Assembly (NCBI GenBank): GCA_030649345.1
Contig: JAUSKK010000032.1
Span: 1 to 13,536, forward strand
Source: Candidatus Iainarchaeum sp.
GTDB lineage: Archaea; Iainarchaeota; Iainarchaeia; Iainarchaeales; 0-14-0-20-34-12
Reading direction: 5' to 3'
Length of the DNA stretch: 13,536 bases
The translations under genes and the position numbers were made by a program. The number at the start of each line of letters is the position of its first letter. Positions within the stretch are counted from its first letter, which is position 1. Below the pieces are notes generated by a model. The model did not search any database and was not told the DNA's origin. It saw only the letters and a list, made by a program, of their open reading frames with translations. Below are positions 6,595-13,094 of this stretch, in pieces.

Positions 6595-6936
6595 ATGAGT
6601 GCAGGTGTTGTAGCCAAAACTCACCCAATCTTTTACGTTACTGGAAGAGGCGATATGGTTTTCAAAAAACCAACTAGATTAGAATACATGCGTTATTTAG
6701 ATCAAACTCGCTGGTATGGAAAACTAGGATTAACTCCTTGGAGATGGCGAGCTTACCTTGAGCCACCTCAAGTTCCAGCAAAGGTTAAAGATTGGGCTTT
6801 AGGTAAAATGCAGGCAATCCGGGCCAATCGACCAAAATTAATGCCGCAACCAGTGCGCGTGCCAATTCCTATAAGGGGCAGAAGAAAGCTAAAACAAGCC
6901 AGAATTAGGCCCAATCGCAGGCGTTTAAAACCTTAA
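6595..6936 (+). CDS. Hypothetical highly basic Arg/Pro-rich protein
   Basis: 113-aa ORF with no family recognised. The C-terminal third is RVPIPIRGRRKLKQARIRPNRRRLKP. By eye it is visibly more G+C-rich than the surrounding DNA. T-runs directly follow its stop. The frame is open back to 6526, but ATG 6595 is the first start codon. Confidence 0.4.
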   Translation: MSAGVVAKTHPIFYVTGRGDMVFKKPTRLEYMRYLDQTRWYGKLGLTPWRWRAYLEPPQVPAKVKDWALGKMQAIRANRPKLMPQPVRVPIPIRGRRKLKQARIRPNRRRLKP

Positions 6937-6953
6937 TTTTTTCAGTATTTTTT
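6937..6953 (+). terminator. Oligo-T tracts immediately after ORF 6595-6936
   Basis: TTTTTTCAGTATTTTTT starts at the first base after the TAA stop (6934-6936). Confidence 0.4.
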
Positions 6954-6961
6954 AGAAGGAC

Positions 6962-6986
6962 TGTCCAAGAAATCGTGCTGGAATTT
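6962..6986. repeat. Right arm of inverted repeat (TGTCCAAGAAATCGTGCTGGAATTT)
   Basis: Partner of 6261-6289. Its first 18 nt also recur in direct orientation at 10771-10788 with 17 of 18 identical. Confidence 0.8.
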
Positions 6987-7497
6987 AGATAGTTCTAATT
7001 CCTTAATATCAAGCATACTTCACTACTGTCATTCAAAAAATTTTTATGAAAAGAATTCAAAGCGTCTTAAGGATTCCTATTGAGCGCAGATAGCTCTAAA
7101 GCATATTCAAAATTTCTAAAAAGAAAAAATTAAGGGAAAATTGAGCCATTTCCATAAAGCTCAGCAAATAGGCCTGAAAGTGCCTTAAAACGCTCCTTTT
7201 AGCTGTTTAGAACCAGTATATAGTATGCGGGATAATCATTGTTATACCGAATTACATATAGGCCTTTCAGAAACAGTTTAAACTGCTTTAATGTAGTCTA
7301 AACTGGTTAATAAACGTAATTGAGATGACTGAATGAATTGGTGAAGATGGCCGGAAAAGAATTTGAGCTGGTTGAATTGAAGATGGCTTGGTTAAACCTG
7401 TAAAAATCAAGAGTTTTGTCCAAAAAATTGCGTTCAATACTACTCAAAATCTTGGACAGTACTTAGAAAACTAAAAAATTAATTAAATTAAGTTGTT

Positions 7498-8223
7498 TTA
7501 GGGCGCTTGGTTGCTTTTGTATTTGCCAATCAGTTCTGTTTCTTGGATAATATGCCCTTGCATAGCAGAAACCAATTCTTCTTTAAGAGCGCCTTCGGAT
7601 AAGGTTAATTCTATATCCAATGCGTATAAACTGAAAATATAGTGGTGTTCAAATGGTTCTAAATCAGATGGCGGGCAGGGACTGGAATATTCTTTAGTAA
7701 ATCCTGTTCCAGGCAAACCAGGCGGTTGCTGTCCTTCTAAGATTTCAGTTGTACTTGAAGGTAGGTTGAATACAATCCAGTGAACAAATTCACCTTCTGG
7801 CACTTCATTTACAAAAGCATACGGAACATCTGGATCAGTCATAATTAATGCAAAACTTTGAGTATTTTCAGGAATATTGGAAATGGTTAATGGCGGAATT
7901 AATTCTTGTCCTTCGCAAGTGTATTTTGCAGGAATACTGCCATTATGGGTAAACACTGAACTGGTTAAAGTAAAAGGAATTGTGGGTTCTTCTGTATTTG
8001 GAATTTCAGGTTGTTCAACATTTTGTGGAGTATTGTTTTCTTCTGTTTCAGGCAAAATTTGTTCTGTTTCTATGATTGGTGGTGTTTGTGGTTGTTCTTG
8101 TCTTTCTTCTGTGATTGTGGTACTAGAAGCTGTTGCAGGATTTTCTTGAACTGGTTGTGGTTGCGTACAGCCTGCTGTAAGCACAATCAGTAAAAGGATT
8201 GCAATGATTGCGTTTGTTTTCAT
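7498..8223 (-). CDS. Secreted PEBP-family (YbhB/YbcL-like) protein with lipobox-like signal peptide
   Basis: 241 aa. The N-terminus MKTNAIIAILLLIVLTAGC is a signal peptide ending in a lipobox-like Cys. A ~70-aa Pro/Glu/Thr/Gln-rich linker follows. The C-terminal domain carries PEBP hallmarks: NGSIPAKYTCEGQELIPPL, ALIMTDPDVP, FVHWIVFNLP, SPCPP and HHYIFSLYALD. Confidence 0.85.
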   Translation of the reverse strand: MKTNAIIAILLLIVLTAGCTQPQPVQENPATASSTTITEERQEQPQTPPIIETEQILPETEENNTPQNVEQPEIPNTEEPTIPFTLTSSVFTHNGSIPAKYTCEGQELIPPLTISNIPENTQSFALIMTDPDVPYAFVNEVPEGEFVHWIVFNLPSSTTEILEGQQPPGLPGTGFTKEYSSPCPPSDLEPFEHHYIFSLYALDIELTLSEGALKEELVSAMQGHIIQETELIGKYKSNQAP

Positions 8224-8234
8224 ATTTAATCTAT

Positions 8235-8600
8235 TTATAGTTTTCCGTTTTTTGCAAATTGATTAATTTGCATAGCCAATACTGCTAATCTTGCTTTAGG
8301 TATTCTTTGGATTTTGGTTTCAAAATATTCTCTTCTTCCGCTCAGCATTTTTTGGCTAGGAATCCATGAGTTTCCTTTCTCATCTGTATAGCTAAACATT
8401 TGGTCCAAGATTTCGTTTTGTTGTCTATGATTTAATTCTTCGAATGCCATAATTGCTTGTCGCATTTCTTTGTTTTGATAAACTGGCACTGAATCTTTCC
8501 AATGTTTTTCAATTAAGCTTTGTTGGGTTGTTTTAAGTTCCCATTTTCGTACTGGTTCTGGTGTTTCTTCTTCTTTGGTTCTCAGCTTAAACGGATTCAT
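8235..8600 (-). CDS. Hypothetical protein (121 aa, predicted helical)
   Basis: The ORF has a good SD (TAAGGAGAA) 6 nt upstream of the ATG. It lies 12 nt downstream of the preceding ORF and 11 nt upstream of the PEBP gene, so it appears co-transcribed. No family recognised. Confidence 0.6.
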   Translation of the reverse strand: MNPFKLRTKEEETPEPVRKWELKTTQQSLIEKHWKDSVPVYQNKEMRQAIMAFEELNHRQQNEILDQMFSYTDEKGNSWIPSQKMLSGRREYFETKIQRIPKARLAVLAMQINQFAKNGKL

Positions 8601-8612
8601 ACAATATTCTCC

Positions 8613-8972
8613 TTATTCTTCTACTGTGATTTCCAATGTTTGATTATTTTCTTTATTAATGTCTGCAAATGTATTTCCATGTTCCAATACTTGAACTTTA
8701 ATAAGTTTTCTTCCTGGGCTTGTATTAATTTTTGGAAAAATATGATAGTAAATTGTTTTTTCTGCATGAGGTTGAACTGCTTCCAATCGTTCTACTGCAG
8801 ATCCTTTCAATCCACTTTTATCAAAAGATAATTCATTGTTCAATAATGTTTTGACTGTCATATGTCTTGCGCGTTCATCTAAATTGGCAATTATGACTTT
8901 AAGCTCTAAAGGCTCTCTTCTTTTTAGAACCATTCTTAATGGAGCAAATCTTGTTGTAATTCGGACACTCAT
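8613..8972 (-). CDS. Hypothetical protein (119 aa, beta-rich)
   Basis: First gene of the 3-gene minus-strand cluster. SD-like GGGGTGG lies 4 nt upstream of the ATG. Alternating hydrophobic pattern (LELKVIIANL, MTVKTLL, KLIKVQVL, TLEITV) suggests a beta-sandwich. No family recognised. Confidence 0.6.
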   Translation of the reverse strand: MSVRITTRFAPLRMVLKRREPLELKVIIANLDERARHMTVKTLLNNELSFDKSGLKGSAVERLEAVQPHAEKTIYYHIFPKINTSPGRKLIKVQVLEHGNTFADINKENNQTLEITVEE

Positions 8973-9115
8973 TATTCCACCCCTAATTTCCCCTATAACT
9001 GTGATCTGTTTGTATGATTGATGGTTATTCTAAGTTTAATACTTTGCTATTCCAATATTTTGTGTAATTATTGATTTTTGGCCGAAAACCTTAAAAATAA
9101 GTTAAGAATATAGTA

Positions 9116-9144
9116 TTTCCTAAGGAAACAATTTATTTCCTTAG
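9116..9144. promoter_or_regulatory. Operator-like element: palindrome TTTCCTAAGGAAA plus downstream TTTCCTTAG half-site
   Basis: Inverted repeat TTTCCT / AGGAAA with a 1-nt spacer at 9116-9128 and a half-site at 9136-9144, ending 10 nt before the ATG at 9154. The stretch 9116-9143 matches 10802-10829 at 26 of 28 positions. Confidence 0.6.
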
Positions 9145-9153
9145 AGATTTCTT

Positions 9154-9750
9154 ATGGAAGTTCCTGAAAGTAGTTTGATTCGTAAAACTTTGGTTTTACG
9201 GGAAATGGATTTGCCTCCACAAATTCAATTAACCAAGCGTTCGATGCTGCGCTGGTTTGCTTTATCGTTTGGCTTACTAAATGAACAAGAATCTCGCGTA
9301 ACTGTTCTGCACATTTTAGATTCTTTGTTTTATTTTTTATTCACAGAGAAAAAGAATCCTTCTACTTTAGAATTGCAAGCTTTTATGAAAAATCAATTCA
9401 GTATTACTGTGTCCGAGAAATTGATCCGGTACCATTTAAATAAATTGATTGATTTGCATTTATTGCATCGCAAACAAAACAAATATCATATCAATAATCA
9501 TCCGTATGCTGACCGAGATGATTTTGTGGCTTGTTTTGACTATTGGATTAAACAATCTACAGAACGAAGCTTGGCCAATATTCAAACAGTGGTTGCCCGT
9601 ATTGTAGATAACTATAAATCTCAAAAACCTATTGTTGTTGAACCTATTAAACTAACTCCAATTGAAACTAAACCTTTACCTAAAGAAGAACCTTATGTAA
9701 GTGAAACTGAACGCAAACAAATTGATGAAATGTTAGACTCTTCGGATTAA
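9154..9750 (+). CDS. Winged-helix transcriptional regulator (putative)
   Basis: 198 aa. The segment STLELQAFMKNQFSITVSEKLIRYHLNKLIDLHLLHRKQNKYHIN reads as helix-turn-helix plus wing. The gene is divergent from the 8972 operon and directly preceded by a palindromic operator-like site. The acidic C-terminal tail looks disordered. Confidence 0.6.
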   Translation: MEVPESSLIRKTLVLREMDLPPQIQLTKRSMLRWFALSFGLLNEQESRVTVLHILDSLFYFLFTEKKNPSTLELQAFMKNQFSITVSEKLIRYHLNKLIDLHLLHRKQNKYHINNHPYADRDDFVACFDYWIKQSTERSLANIQTVVARIVDNYKSQKPIVVEPIKLTPIETKPLPKEEPYVSETERKQIDEMLDSSD

Positions 9751-10721
9751 TTCAACACACATTCATTATTCGTTTTTTCCACAATTTCAAATGCATTTTC
9801 TTTGTCAATTTCAGTTACTATTTTTCCTTGCTCAGCCCATACTTGCTGGCATTGGAATCCAAACGAACAATCTATGCAGGCATAATTAATTTTACATTTC
9901 CCAGTTCCTGTATCTTCTTGAATTGTTTTCATTCCTGTTTGGCAAGCTGTTTGTACTGTTTGTCCTTGTCCGGTGAATTTTAAACTTTCTTCCGAGTAAT
10001 TGGTTTCATCCGTGGTTTCTTGTACTTTGACTTTTAACTGATAAACTCCATTTTCTTTGACTGAAATACTGGCTGAAAATATTTGTTCTTCATTGGCAAA
10101 TAAATCAAATTCTTCCAATTCTTTTGTTTCCATAAATTCTGTTTGAATTTGCCGATTGATGGTAAATTCTTTGAATAATTCCAAGTTCACTTTTCCTCTG
10201 GAAGGACTTTTTCCAGTATTTTTGACTGTAAAATTAACTACAAAAGTTTCGCTTTGACTTAAGTTAATCTCAGGTAAATTTTCTTTGAGTTCGATTTTAA
10301 ACTGTCCCGGAATGACTCCAACATAAGTTTTGCAAATAATTAATTCTTGTTCTCTGCACCTAACTCCTATTTGGATCGGGCTTCCTTTTTTGAGTTTAAG
10401 TAATCGTTCATCCCATTCAATATTTTTCGAACAGACTTCCCCTTTCAAACAACACAATTTGGAATCATTGCAGGCAAATACTATGCTTCGATTTCCAGTA
10501 TCTAAAAGGGTTGCAGTTAATGTTGTGGGTGCTACTTGCCGAAAGGATTCCCCTAAATAAGTTCCTAGCTTTATTTCAGCTCCTTGTAATTGTTCTTGAA
10601 TTTTTTCACTAACTTGGGTTTCTCCTAAAAAATAAGGCAAAATATACTGAAAGAACAAGAACAACAAAGCAATGGTTACAATTGCCGAAATTAATAATTT
10701 GAAAACAGATGATTCAACCAT
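9747..10721 (-). CDS. Membrane-anchored Cys-rich extracellular protein
   Basis: 324 aa. N-terminal hydrophobic helix FKLLISAIVTIALLFLFFQYILPYFL. Cys clusters occur at both ends of the ectodomain (FACNDSKLCCLKGEVCSKN, VRCREQELIICK, TACQTG, GKCKINYACIDCSFGFQCQQ, NNECVLN). A central beta-sandwich-like stretch reads FVVNFTVKNTGKSPSRGKVNLELF. The stop codon overlaps the stop of ORF 9154-9750 within TTAA at 9747-9750. Confidence 0.7.
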   Translation of the reverse strand: MVESSVFKLLISAIVTIALLFLFFQYILPYFLGETQVSEKIQEQLQGAEIKLGTYLGESFRQVAPTTLTATLLDTGNRSIVFACNDSKLCCLKGEVCSKNIEWDERLLKLKKGSPIQIGVRCREQELIICKTYVGVIPGQFKIELKENLPEINLSQSETFVVNFTVKNTGKSPSRGKVNLELFKEFTINRQIQTEFMETKELEEFDLFANEEQIFSASISVKENGVYQLKVKVQETTDETNYSEESLKFTGQGQTVQTACQTGMKTIQEDTGTGKCKINYACIDCSFGFQCQQVWAEQGKIVTEIDKENAFEIVEKTNNECVLN

Positions 10722-10801
10722 TATAGTCTTACGATTTTATCCTTAATTAAGATTTCCTGAAAAACAAGTTTGTCCAATAAATCGTGCTTAGAAATACTCT
10801 G

Positions 10802-10830
10802 TTTCCTAAGGAAACAAATTATTTCCTTTA
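10802..10830. promoter_or_regulatory. Second copy of the TTTCCTAAGGAAA operator-like element with half-site
   Basis: Palindrome at 10802-10814 and half-site TTTCCTTTA at 10822-10830. A further TTTCCT half-site at 10753-10758 sits next to the TATA-like TTAATTAA (10745-10752) of the minus-strand gene starting at 10721. Confidence 0.6.
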
Positions 10831-10846
10831 TTCTTACAATACTTTC

Positions 10847-10859
10847 TTTCCTTAGGAAA
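10847..10859. promoter_or_regulatory. Third palindrome TTTCCTTAGGAAA
   Basis: Same 6-bp arms with a 1-nt spacer (T instead of A). It lies 17 nt beyond the stop of ORF 10876-11250. Confidence 0.5.
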
Positions 10860-10875
10860 TAATCTTTTTCTTTTA

Positions 10876-11250
10876 TTATTTTGTTATGGCTATTTCAACA
10901 AAGCTTTTGGTGATTCCTTTGTTTAAACTTACTTTTTGTACTTGTATTTTTTCTTTTAGTTCTATGAATTCTAAATAGTCTCCGTCTTTTACTGTTTGCA
11001 GGTCTGTTAAAGTGCCATTGATTCTAATTCCTATTTGTGCTGTGGTTTCTCCATTTTCTTGACTTACATTATGTACTGCCAGCTCAGTGTTTTCGTTAAT
11101 TCCAAGTACTTGCAATTTTTCTCCTACTGGGATAATGTGCAATTCAAGCAAATTGGGTGAACTTGTCGGACTCGGAGTTAATGTAAAAAAAATTACTCCA
11201 ACTAAAATCAGAAATCCAACTATTAAAAGTGCTTGTTTTGCTTTAGTCAC
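10876..11250 (-). CDS. Small membrane-anchored hypothetical protein
   Basis: 124 aa. GTG start overlaps the IDI2 stop by 8 nt (GTGACTAA). The N-terminal TM helix ALLIVGFLILVGVIFFTL is followed by a Pro/Ser linker and a beta-rich domain. No family recognised. Confidence 0.55.
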   Translation of the reverse strand: MTKAKQALLIVGFLILVGVIFFTLTPSPTSSPNLLELHIIPVGEKLQVLGINENTELAVHNVSQENGETTAQIGIRINGTLTDLQTVKDGDYLEFIELKEKIQVQKVSLNKGITKSFVEIAITK

Positions 11251-12298
11251 TTTGATCGATCCAATTCAAAGTTTTGCCTAAAAGATAGTATTTTTTTCGA
11301 TGGAGTTCTTGTATATTTTTAGCTCCAACCAATAGCATTCCAATGCGTATTTCTTCTATGAATTGTTCCAGTACTTGTTTGACTGTATTTACATTTCCTT
11401 CATAGGCTGCTTTGAATACTGGATAGGCTGTACTGCATAAGTCTGCTCCTAAGATTATTCCTTTGACTGCATCCAATCCATTACGGATTCCGCCGCTGGC
11501 AATTATTTTTTTGTTAAAATTTTTTCTGCATTGAATAATGCTGACTGCTGTAGGCATTCCGAAATCCCAATACGTTATTCCAGCTGTGGCTTGTTTTCGA
11601 AAGCTTTCAATTCCTGTCCAGCTGGTACCTCCAGCTCCTTGCACATCAATTGCTTCAATTTTGGTTTTGTTTAATCTTGCGGCTACACTTCCAGAGATTC
11701 CGTGGCCTACGCCTTTCACATACACTGGTTTTCCTAGATTTTGTGCAATGTCTTTTATTTTTTCATAACATCCAATAAAATCTACATCTCCTTCAGGTTG
11801 TACTGCTTCTTGTTCTACATTTAAGTGAATGGCCAATGCATCGGCTTGTACATCTTCAATCATTTTTTGCAATTGTTGTAAACTATATTTGTTTAATTGA
11901 GCCACTCCAATATTTCCAGCTAAGAAAATATCGGGCGCTATTTTTCGTACATCATAGGTTGCTTTCAATTCTGGCTGTTCAATCATAGCTCTTTGGCTTC
12001 CCAATCCCATTCCAATTCCTAATTCTTGGCAGGCTTCAGCTATAATTAAATTTATTTTTTTGGCTTCTTCTGCTCCACCAGTCATTCCAGATACCATAAT
12101 GGGTGCTTTGAATTTTTTTCCCAAGAATTCTGTGCTTAAATCTATTTGGCGTTTGTTTAATTCTGGCAAGCAATTGTAGTCTAATTCTACGTCATCGAAT
12201 CCTGTGCTTTTGGTTTTGTGTTGTACTTCTTTTTTGGCTACAATTTCTAAGTGTTGTTTTTTTCGCATTTCTGTTCCCATTTCTTCGTTTCCATTCAT
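11243..12298 (-). CDS. fni: Isopentenyl-diphosphate delta-isomerase, type 2 (FMN-dependent, IDI-2)
   Basis: Family blocks: APIMVSGMTGG, GIGMGLGSQR, LAIHLNVEQEAVQPEGD, VYVKGVGHGIS, AIDVQGAGGTSW and ASGGIRNGLD. The ORF track starts it at 12316. I prefer ATG 12298, which forms an ATGA overlap with the IPK stop (12295-12297) and has AGGTGA 4 nt upstream. Confidence 0.9.
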   Translation of the reverse strand: MNGNEEMGTEMRKKQHLEIVAKKEVQHKTKSTGFDDVELDYNCLPELNKRQIDLSTEFLGKKFKAPIMVSGMTGGAEEAKKINLIIAEACQELGIGMGLGSQRAMIEQPELKATYDVRKIAPDIFLAGNIGVAQLNKYSLQQLQKMIEDVQADALAIHLNVEQEAVQPEGDVDFIGCYEKIKDIAQNLGKPVYVKGVGHGISGSVAARLNKTKIEAIDVQGAGGTSWTGIESFRKQATAGITYWDFGMPTAVSIIQCRKNFNKKIIASGGIRNGLDAVKGIILGADLCSTAYPVFKAAYEGNVNTVKQVLEQFIEEIRIGMLLVGAKNIQELHRKKYYLLGKTLNWIDQSD

Positions 12299-13092
12299 AA
12301 CTTCACCTGTGTGCATTCTGTTAATTTCCCCATAAGTGCTTGGTATGTATTTTGTTTTGGATTCATGTTAAATATAGTGGTTGGAATTCCCTTTAAGTCT
12401 TTGTGCATTTTTTCCACTTTTCCTTTCATTCCACCTGTGACATCTGTGCTTAAACTTCCAGTTAGTTTTCTTAATGCTTGGCTGTAATTATGCTTGTTAA
12501 TAACTTTTAATAATTCTGCTTTTGGATTTTGTTTAGGATCCTGTGCATAAATTCCATCTACATCGGTTCCATAAAATACTTTTTTGGCTTTCAATTTTTT
12601 AGCCAGCCAGGGTACAATTGCATCTCCGCTGACTACACTAGCGCCCAATTTAGTATCTACAACCATGTCTCCGTACAAACAAGGAACTTGGTTTTGTTTC
12701 AGTAACTCTTTTACAGGTTGTAATTCAAATTGTTTGATTTTTTTATTTGATTGAATAACCAGTGCATGGGTTGGCAATCCAGTTATTTTCATTCCTTGTT
12801 TTTTGAATAGTTTTACTATTGTTTGATTGAGTGTTTGCGTGCTTTCTTGTACTTTAAGTACTCCTTGAATTTGTTGTTTTGTTTTAATTTTTCTGGTTAA
12901 CTTGTATTGTTTTACCAATGTGTGCCCGAAAGGACCTGCTCCGTGTACTATAATTAATTTGAATTTTTTTTGTTTTTGAGCTTGTTTAATTTCTTGTGCA
13001 ATTCGCTGAACAATTTCTTTTCTAACTATAAATTTATTTCCGGCTTTGTCGGTACAGACACTTCCACCGATTTTGATAATGTATAAATTCAT
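12295..13092 (-). CDS. ipk: Isopentenyl phosphate kinase (amino-acid kinase superfamily)
   Basis: 265 aa. Family blocks: IIKIGGSV, IIVHGAGPFGH, VPCLYGDMVVD, VVSGDAIVPWLA, YGTDVDGIY and DVTGGMKGK. These match archaeal IPK, and the adjacency to IDI-2 supports the call. Confidence 0.85.
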   Translation of the reverse strand: MNLYIIKIGGSVCTDKAGNKFIVRKEIVQRIAQEIKQAQKQKKFKLIIVHGAGPFGHTLVKQYKLTRKIKTKQQIQGVLKVQESTQTLNQTIVKLFKKQGMKITGLPTHALVIQSNKKIKQFELQPVKELLKQNQVPCLYGDMVVDTKLGASVVSGDAIVPWLAKKLKAKKVFYGTDVDGIYAQDPKQNPKAELLKVINKHNYSQALRKLTGSLSTDVTGGMKGKVEKMHKDLKGIPTTIFNMNPKQNTYQALMGKLTECTQVKL

Positions 13093-13094
13093 GG

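Noticed and set aside
6353-6936. Possibility that the 41-codon ORF and ORF 6595-6936 form one gene interrupted by a read-through TAG (pyrrolysine) or a frameshift.
   Set aside because: After the TAG at 6476-6478 the same frame hits TAA only 16 codons later. Several stops in all frames separate the two ORFs, and no single frameshift joins them.
9115-9129. GTTTCCTAAGGAAAC-type dyads (also at 10801-10815) resemble the dyad core of archaeal origin recognition boxes (the TTCCAnnGGAAAC type, recalled from memory).
   Set aside because: There is no Orc1/Cdc6 AAA+ gene nearby, no G-string extension, and no intervening AT-rich unwinding element. The copies are separated by two genes. A transcription-factor operator is the simpler explanation.
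574-12487. Antisense or overlapping ORFs from the six-frame track: 574-915(-), 2799-3062(+), 4943-5347(-), 5861-6052(-), 7877-8149(+), 8011-8193(+), 8520-8831(+), 8836-9021(+), 10330-10560(+), 11087-11281(+), 11538-11768(+), 12251-12487(+).
   Set aside because: Each lies inside, and opposite to, an ORF with recognisable domains or a better coding character. Their translations are low-complexity (Ser/Leu/Phe/Cys-rich), as is typical of shadow frames in AT-rich DNA.
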